From Centroscyllium fabricii (taxonomy: Eukaryota), in NCBI GenBank assembly GCA_051313645.2, contig JBNRSN020000007.1:255006001-255070000 (forward strand): a stretch of DNA of 64,000 bases, read 5' to 3'. The position numbers and the translations under genes were made by a program. Under the pieces are notes generated by a model that saw nothing but the letters and a program-made list of their open reading frames with translations, was not told the origin of the DNA and searched no databases. Shown piece by piece: positions 35,490 to 48,599 of this stretch. Every line of letters begins with the position of its first letter. Position 1 is the stretch's first letter.

Positions 35490-35758
35490 CTCTAGCCAAG
35501 CTGTTCCAGTACAGCAACAATGTTGGCATCTACCTGACAATGTGGAAAACTGACCAGGTATGTATGTCCTGGCCAGAAAAGGCAGGACAAATCCAATCTG
35601 GCCAATTACTGCCCCATCAGTCTACTCTCAATCATCAGCAAAGTGATGGAAGGTGTCATCGACAGTGCTATCAAGCGACACGTAATCACCAGTAACCTGC
35701 TCACTGATGCCCAGTTTGGGTTCCGCCAAGACGACTTGACCCCCGACCTCATTACAGC
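35490..35758 (+). mobile_element. Degraded RT fragment of a second CR1-clade LINE family
   Basis: NYCPISLLSIISKVMEGVIDS…QFGFRQ. A possible 3' end of the same family lies at 48600-49075. Confidence 0.65.
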
Positions 35759-35759
35759 G

Positions 35760-37773
35760 AACGCCAAAGGACAACGGGTGTTAAAAAAACAAGCCTGAAG
35801 GCTCTGTCTTAATGCAAGGAGTATCCGTAATAAGGGGGATGAATTAACTGCACAAATAGATGTTAACGGATATGATGTGATTGGGATTACAGAGACGCGG
35901 CTCCAGAATGATCAGGGCTGGGAACTGAACATCCAGGGATATTCAACATTCAGGACAGATAGAAAAAAAGGAAAAGGGGGTGGGGTAGCATTGCTGGTTA
36001 AAAAGGAGATTAATGCAATAGCTAGGAAGGACATTAGCTTGGAGGATGTGGAATCCATATGGGTGGAGTTGCAAAACACCAAAGGACAGAAAACGTTAGT
36101 GGGAGTTGTGTACAGACCTCCAAACAGTAGTAGGGAGGTGGGGGAGGGTATGAAACAGGAAATAAGGGGTGCGTGCAATAAAGGCACAGCAGTTATCATG
36201 GGTGACTTTAATATGCATATAGATTGGGCTACTCAAACTGGAACCAACACAGTAGAGGAAGATTTCCTGGAGTGCCTAAGGGATGGTTTCCTAGACCAAT
36301 ATGTTGAGGAACCAACTGGAGGAGAGGCCATCCTGGACTGGGTATTGTGTAATGAGGGAGGACTAATTAGCAATCTTGTGGTGCGAGGCCCCTTGGGGAA
36401 GAGTATGGTGGAGTTCTACATTAGGATGGAGAAGGAAACAGTTAATTCAGAGACTATGGTCCAAAACTTAAATAAGGGCAACTTTGAAGGTATGAGGCGT
36501 GAATTGGCTAGGTTAAATTGGCAACCGATATTTAAGGGGTTATCAGTGGATGGGCAATGGCAGACATTTAGAGATCGCATGGAGGAACTGCAACAATTGT
36601 ACATCCCTGTCTGGCGTAAAAATAAAAAAAGGGAAGGTGTCTCAACCATGGCTAACAAGGGAAATCAGGGATAGTATTAAAGCCAAGGAAGTGGCATACA
36701 AATTGGCCAGATGTAGCAGCAAACCCGGGGACTGGGAGAAATTTAAAACTCAGCAGAGGAGGACAAAGGGTTTGATTAAGGCAGGGAAAATAGAATATGA
36801 AAGGAAGCTTGCAGAGAACATTAAAACGGACTGCAAAAGCTTCTATAGATATGTAAAGAGAAAGATGTTAGTAAAAACAAACGTAGGTCCCCTGCAGTCG
36901 GAAGCAGGGGAAGTCATAATGGGGAACAAAGAAATGGCAGATCAATTGAACAAGTACTTTGGTTCGGTATTTACTAATGAGGACACAAACAACCTTCCGG
37001 ACATAAAAGGGGTCAGAGGGTCTAGTAAAAAGGATGAGCTGAGGGAGATCCTATTTAATCGGGAAAATGTGTTGGGGAAATTGTTGGGACTGAAGGCTGA
37101 TAAATCCCCAGGGCCTGATGGTCCGCATCCCAGAGTACCTAAGGAGGTGGCCTTGGAAATAGTGGATGCATTGACGATCATTTTCCAGCATTCCATGGAC
37201 TCTGGATCAGTTCTGATGGAGTGGAGGGTGGCTAACGTAACCCCACTTTTTAAAAAAGGAGGGAGGGAGAAAACAGGGAATTACAGACTGGTCAGCCTGA
37301 CATCGGTAGTGGGTAAAACGATGGAATCAATTATTAAGGATGTCATAGCAGACCATTTGGAAAGTGGTGACATGATAGGTCCAAGTCAGCATGGATTTGT
37401 GAAAGGGAAATCATGCTTGACAAATCTTCTGGAATTTTTTGAGGATGTTTCCAATGGAGTAGACAAGGGAGAACCAGTGGATGTGGTGTACTTGGACTTT
37501 CAGAAGGCTTTCGACAAGGTCCCACACAAGAGATTGGTGTGCAAAGTTAAAGCACATGGGATTGGGGGCAATGTGTTGACGTGGATTGAGAACTGGTTGG
37601 CACACAGGAAACAAAGAGTAGGAGTAAATGGGTACTTTTCAGAATGGCAGGCAGTGACCAGCGGGGTACCGCAAGGTTTGGTGCTGGGGCCCCAGCTGTT
37701 TACATTATATATTAATGATTTGGACGAAGGGATTAAATGTTCTATTTCCAAATTTGTGGATGACACTAAATTG
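35760..37773 (+). mobile_element. CR1 LINE ORF2 (AP endonuclease plus RT), frameshifted and 3'-truncated
   Basis: IGITET, GGGVAL, VYRPP, MGDFN, ILDWVL (endonuclease); [31 protein letters not shown] (RT). Similarity stops right after DDTKL. Confidence 0.95.
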
Positions 37774-38209
37774 GCACTTAATCGGACAAGAACCTACCAT
37801 ACAGTTGTGTTTGACTCACCTTTACATGAAACCCGGCTTTGACAAGTTTCACCTGCACCAACTCAGATCCATCAAATGTGTAAATACGTATTTGGACCAT
37901 GTTACTAATTAGTAGGTGCTTAAATGTGGAAAGTCAAACAATGTTGTGACAATGCTAATGAAAGCACAGCTCTGCTTAGCAGGAGATGACGCTTGGACGG
38001 GTTATGGCACACTTCCCAAGTGCATTCTGGGCACTCACTTCAATGAAGTTGTAATTTTCGTTTTTCTTTAAGTTAAGCTCGATTCACTTGTTAGCATCCA
38101 TAACAACTCATTTGATTTTAAAGGCCGCCTTTAGAAATAGTTGCGGCAACTATCAATAGTATATATACTTGATATTCAAAATTATGTTCAGAAATATTGA
38201 GGTGGGGGG

Positions 38210-38890
38210 GTGGGGAGGAAATTGGGTCATGCCCCCTTTGGGGCACTAACATTGCCAGGGCGCTAGCACGCCCGCATCAGAAATTCACTGGTAGCACCCA
38301 AAGAGGGAGGCGGGGCACTACTGGAAGTGCCCCGTGTCCCTCTTGGGGGCGCTGCAAGTGAATAGCACGTCGTGCCGCGGTACTGCAGGCCTTCCTCCCC
38401 TTATTAAAGGGGATGGACCTTGCGCAGCGCAGCCCAGTAGGACCACCAGGGATCGGATTGCCGGCAAAATAGCCCGTCAATTAAGAGAAGTGCCGGGCTC
38501 ACGGAGTGCAGCCGGCATCCCGGGGGGGGGGAGGAGAGCTGCACTGAAGGCCGGGACAGCAACAGGTGCTGGCAGGCAGCCAGCAGCAAAAAATGGCCGC
38601 ACGGTACCTCCCCTTTAATTTGTGTCGCCCCGGCCGCAGGTAGCCCTCCCCCCGCCCCGGTCAGACATAATGCCCGGTGATAAGTCAGGGGGTGCTACCG
38701 AAGATCGCAGCCGGGGTGTGACGCACGGCGATGAAGTCATTGCCGGAGGCGCTGCGCCATGGGGCGCTAACTGTTATCGGCGTCACTGAATTTCGCGGGA
38801 AGCTTTGGCGGCACCACGCCCAGGCGCTAGTTGCTTGACGCCCCGTTAGTGCCCTCTTAGGGAGGCACAAATCAACTGAATTTTTCCACC
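38210..38890. mobile_element. GC-rich non-autonomous DNA element
   Basis: Ends GGTGGGGAGGAAATT / AATTTTTCCACC. GC-rich interior in an AT-rich intron. Confidence 0.5.
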
Positions 38891-39183
38891 ATGAACCCTT
38901 TGAATGAGCTCTTTCTCAGAGTGAAACAAGGACCATGTTATATTTCTGTGTTCAACCTTGCTCATTTCCTGTTATCATAGTAAAGCTTCGAATGGGCCAA
39001 GCAAGAGACTGACGTGCTTAAATAACAGCAGATAGAAGGGCAAATGTACTTTAATGCCCCATCCATAGCAAAAAAAAAATGTACACCAGCCTTGGGACTG
39101 TTGGCATTGAATGCAATAAGAGTGACCGTGGATTACTGCCAACAGCATAACTAACTCAAATGTTGTTCTCGACTTCTGCTTAC

Positions 39184-39351
39184 CTGTGCAATATGACTTT
39201 TGAGCTCCACCTTTTCTATCTCCCAGGCTGATTTGGCATTTGCCAGCTGTAGCTGAAGCTCATTTGTTCGCCTCCTTTCCTCTTTTAACTCTGTGCAAAG
39301 GTCCTTTAAAATCATTTTAATGTCTCCCACAACTCTACTGTATTCTTTTGA
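39184..39351 (-). CDS. MTCL2: MTCL2/SOGA1 exon (168 nt)
   Basis: TTTTCCAG|TCA…CAG|GTAAGC; SKEYSRVVGDIKMILKDLCTELKEERR…WEIEKVELKSHIAQ. Confidence 0.92.
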
Positions 39352-39492
39352 CTGGAAAATATAAAACAAGCTTAAAATATTATTTCTGTTAAAAATCAAA
39401 ATAAACATCTTTGCTATTATAATGCACATAATTTTGACAAAGCTGACAATCAATTCTGTGCCCTACATACACCAACTGACTGAATAAAAACA

Positions 39493-39890
39493 GAAATAGA
39501 AACATAGAAACTAGGAGCAGGAGTAGGCTATTCGGCCCTTCGAGCCTGCTCCACCATTCAATGAGATCATGGCTGATCATCCAAACCCAGTACCCCGCCC
39601 CTGCCCTCTCCCCATATCCCTATCGAGCCTCCATCAACACATATCCCACCCTATCCCCGTAACCCCACCTATTTAATCCCCCTAACACTAAGGGTCAATT
39701 TATCATGGCCAATCAACCTAACCCCGCACATCTTTGGACTGTGGGAGGAAACCGGAGCACCCAGAGGAAACCCACGCAGACACGGGGAGAATGTGCAAAC
39801 TCCACACAGATAGTACCAGAGGCTGGATTTGAACCCGGGTCTCCAGTGCTGTGAGACAACAGTGCTATCCACTGTGCCACCGTGCCGCCC
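39493..39890 (-). mobile_element. HE1-like SINE, full length
   Basis: Head, V-domain and CR1-like tail as in the other copies. Confidence 0.9.
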
Positions 39891-40349
39891 AGTGATATAG
39901 CTACATTTCAGTTTAACAAATGTTAACAGATTGGTTGCCTTTATCAAGCTTAATTAATGGTGCTAAGATTGCTGTAAATTGTCCTGTTTCACAGATACTC
40001 TACGTTACAATAACTTAATAAGCAACAGTCAGCATGGATTCATGAGTGGCTCCTTCCTGGTTCATTTGAAAATCTTTCAGATAAAATAGTGATAGTCCCT
40101 AGTTTATTTGGATTTCTGGAAAACTATTGACAATGTTCCACATACAAGACTTCCCAATTTGCCTAAAAATAGGAATCCAGGGTAGAACAGGGGACAGGGT
40201 AAAGAAGTCGGCTAAGAAAAATAGAAAAAAACTTCCGACAAGTCTATCGCTATCGAAACTGAATTTAACAGCAGAAATGTCAAGAGAATGGTCATAGAAT
40301 CCAAATGAAAATAGTAATGTAAAAATGGCTACTGTGTACTTGTGAAAGA

Positions 40350-40772
40350 TCAACTGAACTTGTACTCTCTGGAGTTCAGAAGAATGAGGGGGGATCTCAT
40401 AGAACCGTTTAAAATACTGACCGGTTTAGACAGGTTAGATGCAGGCAGAATGTTCCCAATGTTGGGGAAGTCCAGAACCAGGGGGCACAGGCTAAGGATA
40501 AGGGGTAAGCCAGTTAGGACCGAGATGAGGAGAAACTTCTTCACCCAGAGAGTGGTGAACCTGTGGAATTCTCTACCACAGAAAGTTGTTGAGGCCAGTT
40601 CACTAAATATATTCAAAAGGGAGTTAGATGTAATACTTACAACTAGGGGGATCAGGGGATATGGCGAGAAGGCAGGAACGGGGTACTGATGTAGCATGTT
40701 CAGCCATGAACGTATTGAATGGCGGTGCAGGCTCGAAGGGCCGAATGGTCTACTCCTGCACCTATTTTCTAT
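40350..40772 (+). mobile_element. CR1 3' fragment (same subfamily as 60779-62470)
   Basis: LYSLEFRRMRGD…GTGY* and the distinctive UTR TGATGTAGCATGTTCAGCCATGAACG. Confidence 0.93.
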
Positions 40773-41117
40773 GCAACATCAGACTGGGCGAATGCACTGA
40801 CTCATCCCAGGAAATCAGGTGACTAGATCCCGCAGTTTCTAATCCGTATAAGTAATCTGGATTCCAAAATTAAATGCAATTTTGTCAAATTTGCTGACAA
40901 CATTAAAAGAGAAAGAGGAAGCAGAGAAAGACATGCACAACGATTCAGACTGATCAAATTAAATTTATCATCCCACCAGATCAGTAATCCACCACACAGA
41001 TGATGCAATGATCCAGTGCTCTGTAGCTAAGAATGTTAGAGCTCCAGTGTGCCCCTGCAGGACTTCCTTCAACACAGCTTTAACGCTCTTAAAAATAAAC
41101 CTATTATTACTTTAGAG

Positions 41118-41362
41118 GGGATTTGATGAAGAACTTTTTCACCCGCAGGGTGGTTGGAATCTGGAACTCACTGCCTGAAAGGGTGGTAGAGGCAGGAACA
41201 CTCAACATTCAAGAAGCATTTAGATGAGCACTTGAAATGCCATAGCATACAAGGCTACGGACCAAATGCAGGAAAATGGGATTAGAATAGACAGGGTTTG
41301 ATGGCCGGCGCGGACGCGATGTGCCGAAGGGCCTCTTTCTGTGCTGTATAACTCTACGACTA
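41118..41362 (+). mobile_element. CR1 3' end (another subfamily)
   Basis: AACTTTTTCACCCGCAGGGTGGTTGGAATCTGGAACTCACTGCCTG…GCCGAAGGGCCT. Inverse copy at 49525-49955. Confidence 0.8.
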
Positions 41363-41581
41363 TTACAATGATAGACTATGCTTTGCTATACTGTATAAAA
41401 ATTGGATTGTTACTTAATTCACAAAACCCATGGGTCAAACCCCCTCGAGTAGAGACTATAATTGCAATGAACCCTGTAGTTTTAATAGAAAGAAGCTCTA
41501 GTATTTAATTTTGGAAAGTGTGGCACAGATAGTGACCATCCCTTTGCATTGCTGTAATTGGTTATTTAAACATTGGTGTAC

Positions 41582-41746
41582 CTGCTTTGGGCGTGATGAA
41601 AGAACGGATTTCTCCACTGGAAGAGTCAAAGCCTCCTCTAAGGTTTTCGGAGATTGATCATCTGTTGTCATGGTCTTATTGTCCACTTGGTGAGGGGTCA
41701 GCTCCTCTTCTTCAATCAGCAAATATAAATCTTTCACACTGTTAAC
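41582..41746 (-). CDS. MTCL2: MTCL2/SOGA1 exon (165 nt)
   Basis: TTGGCAG|GTT…CAG|GTACAC; VNSVKDLYLLIEEEE…DNK matches recalled SOGA1 VNSMKELYLLMEEEE. Confidence 0.88.
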
Positions 41747-42392
41747 CTGCCAAGTGCATAGGAGCACAGGGATTGTTTGACTGAACGGCATCAACGGACA
41801 TGAACCATATAGCATAGTGCATTGTGACACACTGACAACAGTAGTTAATCTTTTGTTATGGTACACAAATATGTTAACAATCGATTTTAAACGAATGAAG
41901 GACACAGCTTAAAAAAGGGGCCACTCTCGGACTTTATGCTCCTCGCTGGCTAGACTCCCTTGCCAAAAGTGCACATCAGAAATTTCAATGCACATAATTA
42001 TTCACCCATTCTGGTCAGAAAATTGTGCACACAGGACTTTCAGTGTGCTCTCAGTGAGCAAGACTCCCCACTGGGAGCATGATTGGAAAAGTATCACAGA
42101 AGCACCTTGGTTTTTGCTTGTTCAGTTTGCTATATATAGACTATGAGCCCAATAGACACATTCTATACATTGTTCCTCTAATTTACTCTAAGATTTACAG
42201 TATTTAGTATACACATATCCTTACTAATTGGGTGAATTGATCCTAAGTTATATTAATATAAAATTACATGTGTGTTTATTGCCTGTATTTTATAGGTTTA
42301 ACATGCACTGTCGTAATGGTATGAGACTTTACAAAAATATAATCTCTGGAAGAAGAGCAGATTATTCGTTTTTTAAATTTCAAATACAGCAC

Positions 42393-42623
42393 CTCTAGTA
42401 AATCATCCCCATCATTATCCATCTTCTTGCCACATTTCCAGTGTTTCAGGAACCATTTCAGCTTCATGTAGAGCAGGAAGAGGTTTTGTTTGAATTGATC
42501 AGCTTCTTTCACAAACAGGTTTTTTTCCTGGCTCCAGAATTTCTGCTCAAGTCTGGTCTGCAAATTCAGGCTCTGTAGCTCAAAATCTCTTCGTACAAGT
42601 GCCTTTTGTTGCTCCTCTTTAAG
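42393..42623 (-). CDS. MTCL2: MTCL2/SOGA1 exon (231 nt)
   Basis: TTCCATAG|CTT…GAG|GTGCTG; LKEEQQKALVRRDFELQSLNLQTRLEQKFWSQEKN…KLKWFLKHW…GDDLLE. Confidence 0.92.
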
Positions 42624-44349
42624 CTATGGAAAGCAATTAAAGAACCAGTGAAAGCATAAAGACTTCAACAGTGAACCAGACCGTGTACGTCTCCTATCAG
42701 CAACTCTTATGTTTGTATCATGGTTCATTGTGCACTTACCCGCAGCATACAAAACAGCTGTTAAAGCTGATGTGCCCCATTAGTTTCATCAAATTCCCTT
42801 TAAGTAGCTCAAAAAAACAAAGATTAAAAAAAAACACAAGCCTTTCCAACTCCTCCTTTTGATCCCCAGCTACGGTGTTGAATTTGTCAGCTTCGAGTTG
42901 TGAATGTGCCATGTGCCCCAAGGCTCTATCAATGGCTCCATTTAACTGGCGAATCGGAAAGTCGGCAAGACTGGCCCAAGGTGACTCATCCTCTGATTTC
43001 CCCAGCTTCTCCCTGAAGACCTGACTGCACAAAACCTACACACCGTGCAGCTGCATAAATATGGTAATTTTTCTATGATTTTCTTTCCCACTCTCCTAAC
43101 TCCGTGTTCAATGGCTGCTACCAGCTCTGTGGTACCTGAACCAAATGTCCATTCTTCTTAGGTGATCTTCAACTATGGGTGACTGACATTCAAGCGGGGT
43201 CGCTGGATAACAACTGCGAGTGGTATCCCTAGTCCAGGCTTGCTTTGTTCAACTACAGCACCCTTACTGCTATCTTAACAGAGATTTGTTAATTCAGCAG
43301 AGGCCAGATATTGAACCTTCCTGTTCTGTACCATACCAGTCAGCGTAAAATTGTTTCTATCTCTTTTGTATGCAGTAGAATCATAGAAAGATACAGCACA
43401 GAAGGAGGCCTTTTGGCCCATTGTGCCTGTGCCGGCTCTCTGAATGAGCGATCCAATTAGCCTCACACCCCTGCCATTTTCCCCCTTCAAATGTTTATCC
43501 AATTCTCTTTATGAAAAGGGGTTAGAAAAGCTCAGATTCTTTAGCCTTAGAAGAAAGGCTAATGTGAGGGGATCTTATAAGAGGTACACAAGATACTAAG
43601 TGGAATAGAAATGACTAGGCACTGTTTTAAAGCATGATGGCAGGAAACAGGTAAATAGGTTCAAACTGGTAGACTGATTTCTAATTAATATGAGCTAAAT
43701 GGCATTACTTATCCTTATTTGTATCTGTGATCTTTGTTTTTAAATAGTGTTGGATGGTCCAAACTACAATTGCTGCATTCCAGATCCTACAGGAACTACA
43801 GTCCATCAATAAAAAAGTCAAGATTTCTTGTATTGAAGTCCAATTCACCATGCAAAAAGTTTCATATAAACAGAATTGAATTCAAGCAGAAGTCCCCTGA
43901 ATCGTCCAATATTTTGTTCCAAACCCTCGAGGGTTCTCAGCATTCCTCAGTTGACCATCTGTGTCTCTGTTCCATTTGTTGGAAAATATTGTTGCTGATG
44001 ACAGGGTTCAGTAATGCTCCTTCCCCTCACTATCTAGCAAAAGGAACCAAGTTGCTTGGAACTGGCAGTTTCCTTGCCTTCATCAAATTTTAAACTGCCT
44101 CTATAGTGACAAGGTTCTAGTGACACCCTAGTATTAAGTGAGCCGTTTCGCTCTGACACTGGAGGCTAGGACAGCATTTCCTCCTACCAGCATTCTCTCA
44201 CAGGAGGAAGAGAAAGAGACAGAGACAGGCAGATAGAGACCAGAGACAGTGGCAACTGATATTGGTAGCCAGTAGTGTAAGGGAATGACGTAGAGGCAGA
44301 AATAATTGCGTATCCTGAATACAAAATGGGAGACAAATGCACTTTACCT

Positions 44350-44636
44350 GCGTCGGGGCCATCGTGGCCGGGCGCCAGGAGCAGAGAGGCCTGAGCGCCG
44401 GTAGCATCGGGGCTGGGAGCATATGGGCCGTTGTTGCTGGGCGCCAGGAGCATCGGGGCCTGAGCATCGGGGCCTGCATGGTCTGACCGTCATGGCCGGA
44501 GCGTTATGGACCAGACTGGGACTTACATGAAAGAACATTTTAAGATCTGCATTGTTTCTTGGGATATTGCATGTTTGCATTTCATTGTATTGTGCATGTT
44601 CACTTTACAATGACAATAAATTGAATTGAATTGAAT
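44350..44636 (+). mobile_element. 5'-truncated GC-rich retroposon with a TGACAATAAA(TTGAA)3 tail
   Basis: Internal GAGCATCGGGGCC repeats. Tail architecture as in 28092-28732. Confidence 0.55.
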
Positions 44637-45093
44637 ATGATTGTAGGTCTTACCAGTGCATTTACTTAACCCACAGCTGACAACAGCCATTTAACATGGA
44701 CAATCAAAGTGGTTGATATGTATGTTTTTAATGTAGAACTGGCCAACAAAATTCCCTGCAGAATGTGGTTTTGGACTGGGAAATGAGGAAAACAGTTCAA
44801 TTTGTGACTGTGCACATCCACAAGTGAATACCTGTGAAAATAGCACTATGTTGAATAGATGTTACAATGATTAACAACTGTGTGATGATAATTTCTCTGA
44901 ACATGACCGTTCTCCTTGGTTGCATGTACATACGAGAAAATTAATTCAATGAATTACTAAGCAACTCTAGAATTTGAACAGTTGCAATTTTCAAATGGTA
45001 ACATTTTAGTTCCTTCAGCACTTTTTCTTGAATTTCACTTTAAAGCTCATCATTTCCATTGTGTGAAATTCATAATTGTTCTTTTGAACTGAC

Positions 45094-45219
45094 CTGTGAC
45101 ATTTTCTGTTGAAATCTCCCCGCATCTTCATTCCGAAGCTCCCTTTCCTGAACAAGCTGCTCCTGCAGTCCTCGGATAGTCTCCTTGGCTTCAGATAAAT
45201 CAAGCTGGAGTTCCTTGAC
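45094..45219 (-). CDS. MTCL2: MTCL2/SOGA1 exon (126 nt)
   Basis: TTTGAGCAG|GTC…CAG|GTCAGT; VKELQLDLSEAKETIRGLQEQLVQERELRNEDAGRFQQKMSQ (frame not shown in the ORF track). Confidence 0.92.
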
Positions 45220-46244
45220 CTGCTCAAACAAAGAATCATAGAACTGAGTTACAGTAGGGCTAAGAGGAAATTTTTAGAATGGCTTTCCCTTCTCCACCCC
45301 CCCCCCCACTTTTCTCACACTGCCACATAACCTCCCTCTGCAAAGAGGACACGGGAGTGTCGGCTACAAGAATCGCCATAGCCGCTGCAACGAGGTTCTA
45401 GGGTTATACAAATGAGTGATGATGCATGTGCTGAGACAAATCTTCCCACTTAATGACCAGCTGAGAACTAATGACAGCTCCCCCAGCAGAGATAGAGATG
45501 AGAGCTGGAATGAGAACCTGTGAACATCCGGTGCAATACATGGAGGTAAAGAGAACAAAATACAGCCAAACCATTGCCTCCAATATCATGGAAATAGAAT
45601 TTGGATCCTTTTGAACGATGCAAGTCTCTCCACAAAGGATAGAAGCTAAAATCAGCAAGATTATCATTCAAACGCCGAGGGGACGACTTGCTGAGCATGC
45701 ACTGAGAACCTCATCCACCAGCCGCGCACATCAAACATCAATGAGCAGCGCACATGATTTTTCAATCTGAGCTGCCAGATAGTACTTCCCTCTTTATATG
45801 CGTATATCGAGTTCTTCTCTCCATTATTTTAACGGAGACATTTACCCACTTATATTAAACGTGTCAGCGCCTCTGTTGAAATAGAGGGGAGTAATTTGAA
45901 CAACTGCATTAAGTGTTTGTACATGAACAACAAAGGCAGTGAATTCTATCCTTTTAATGTTTCCATAATAAACCCGAATACACACCATGGATCCCTGCAA
46001 TAATGCGAGTTTCCCCCGATATTTTAAACTCTTTTACAAGTGTGCTTGGACACATTTTTTTTCTCCAGAAATTAGACCATTTCTCTAAAATCATTGCTCT
46101 AGTTTCAACAAATTCAGAAATATTCAAAACAATGGAATTATGCATTATTTTATTTAAAAATTTGATGGAAAGGTTTTAGATAGGAAAATTTAAAATTAAT
46201 TTTACCGTGCAAAACAGAATGAAATCTCCATGCTGCCCCTTGGC

Positions 46245-47758
46245 AACATCATCTGAAAACACAGCGTCAGTTTCCACATGTACGCTGACGACACCCAGCT
46301 CTACCTCACCACCACTTCTCTCGACCCCTCCACGGTCTCTAAATTGTCAGACTGCTTGTCCGACATCCAGTACTGGAGGAGCATAAATTTGCTCCAACTA
46401 AATATTGGGAAGACCGAAGCTACTGTCTTCGGTCCCCGCCACTAACTCCATTTCCTAGCCACTGACTCCATCCCTCTCCCAGGCAACCGTCTGAGGCTGA
46501 ACCAGACTGTTCACAACCTTGGTGTCATATCTGACTCTGAGGTGAGCTTCCGACCACGTAGCTGCTCCATTACAAAGACCACCTCTTTCCATCTCCAGAA
46601 CATCGCTCAACTCCTCCTCTGCTGCTGAAACCCCCATCCATGCCTTTACCTCAAGACTTGACCATTCCAATCCAATCCTGGCTGGCCTCCCACATTCTAC
46701 CATTTGTAAACTTGAGGTCATCCAAAACTCTGCTGCCCGTATACTAACTCGCACACAGTCCCCTTCACTCATCACCCCTGTGCTCGCTGACCTACATTGG
46801 CGCCCGGTTAAGCAACGCCTTGATTTAAAAATGGTCATCCTCGTTTTCAAATCCCTCCATGGCCTTGTCCCTCCCCAACTCTGTAATCTCCTCCGGCCCC
46901 ACAACCCTCCGAGCTATCTGTGCTCCTCTGATTCTGGCTCATGAGCATCCCCGATTTTAATCGCTCCACCATTGGTGGCCGTGCCTTCAGCTGCCCAGGC
47001 CCCAAGTTCTGGAATTTCCTCTCTGAACCGCTCCGCCTCTCTATCTTTTTTTATCTCCGATCTTCGGGTAAGCATTCTCCAAGGCGGCCTTCGAGACACA
47101 CGACAACGCAAAATCGTCGAGCAGAGGCTGATAGCCAAGTTCCGCACTCATGAGGACGGTCTCAACCGTGATATTGACTTCATGTCGCGCTACATGTGAC
47201 CCCACCTGACAGAGTCATCCAGACTCGAGTCGTCTTTGGCTTGTTCTCACTACACAAATGCTGCTGCGATCTCCAGTAAAGAAAATCTTTTTTTTTTTTT
47301 TAAATCATTCTGTGGGTTTTCCACAGACACCAGACTGCAACATTTGACCCTTTGTGACTATACCTCATTGATCTCAGGCTGGTGCCTGATTGATATGTTA
47401 AAATATGTTAAAATACCTTTGTACGTCTCTCTGCTGAGGTGTGATGTTGGAAAGATTAGACTGCTCTCTCCATCGTATATATGCTGTGTTTAAATGAATT
47501 TCTCTTACACCTGATGAAGGAGCAGCGCTCTGAAAGCTTGTGATTTCAAATAAAACTGTTGGACTATAACCGGGTGTTGTGTGACTTCTTGCATTTATCT
47601 TTTTTTAAGACGCTCCTTAAAACACAGTTTTTGGTCATCTGCCCTAATATCTCCTTATGTGGCTTCTGTTCCAATTTTTTTTAATAACGCTCTTGTAAAG
47701 TGCCGTTGGATGTTTTATTAAATTAAAGGCACTATATAAATACAAGTTGTTGTTGTTG
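46245..47758 (+). mobile_element. L2-clade LINE 3' portion, interrupted at 47054-47595
   Basis: FHMYADDTQLY (YADD 46281-46292), LQLNIGKTE, ITPVLADLHW. Tail GCACTATATAAATACAAGTTGTTGTTG resembles the Deu-SINE tail. Confidence 0.88.
47054..47595 (+). mobile_element. Penelope-like element 3' fragment
   Basis: GIY-YIG-type C-terminus DLRVSILQGG…EQRLIAKFRTHEDGLNRD…*, two hammerhead-like motifs, and a 12-bp duplication TATCTTTTTTTA (47042-47053, 47596-47607). Confidence 0.8.
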
Positions 47759-48599
47759 AAATAGAAAATATAAAAAACGATAGGCTTAATTTTCTGCTCT
47801 GTAACACTGCTGATAACAGCACGGAATGGGCGAGTTGGTTAAGGAGGCCTTCTGTCCATTCCTTGATGTGGTGTGGCAAGTGCAATTTTCTGACTGGACC
47901 ATATCTCATCGCAGCAATACTCTGGCACAAAATAGGCAAGGTCTTCAATAAGAATTTCACAGTTATTACAATGTATTCAAACTACCTTAATGTGTGATTT
48001 ACTGGGTTTTTCATTGTGAAAGTAGAGTGCAATGACCGAGCCCATGTAAAATGGCTAATGCTGGGAAGTCTTGTCCTTGGACTTCAAATTTTTGCGATCT
48101 TAAAGACAAGTTAGACTATTTCTTGCTGTACTTTCCTCAGGTTTGTAAGAGAAGTTCATTTAAACACAGCATATATACAAGGGAGAGAGCAGTCTAATCT
48201 TTCCAACATCACACCTCAGCAGAGAGACATACAAAGCGAACAAAGGTATTTTAACATATTTTAACATATCAATCAGGCACCAGCCTGAGATCAATGAGGT
48301 ATAGTCACAAAGGGTCAAATGTTGCAGTCTGTTGTCTGTGGAAAAACCACAGAATGATTTAAAAAAAAAAGATTTTCCTTACTGGAGATTTGTGCTTTCT
48401 GCATTAATCTTCGTGCAATTTTTGAATCTGCCTTAGCTTCTTGGTTTTTTTGCTAATATTTTTCATTTCTGGGAGACGCAATTTTACCTGCTTGCTATCC
48501 AGATTCAGACCATGTGAATTCCTCGGTGTTTTCCTCTCTCTCAGCTTGTTCTGAAGGAGGGAAGAGGGGGATTTGATGACAGATGAGAGGCAGGTCTGG

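Noticed and set aside
37773-40350. Idea that the two CR1 pieces are one element that captured the 39184-39351 exon
   Set aside because: The exon is in normal order and phase for the host gene, and several hundred bp of CR1 are missing between the pieces; independent insertions are simpler.
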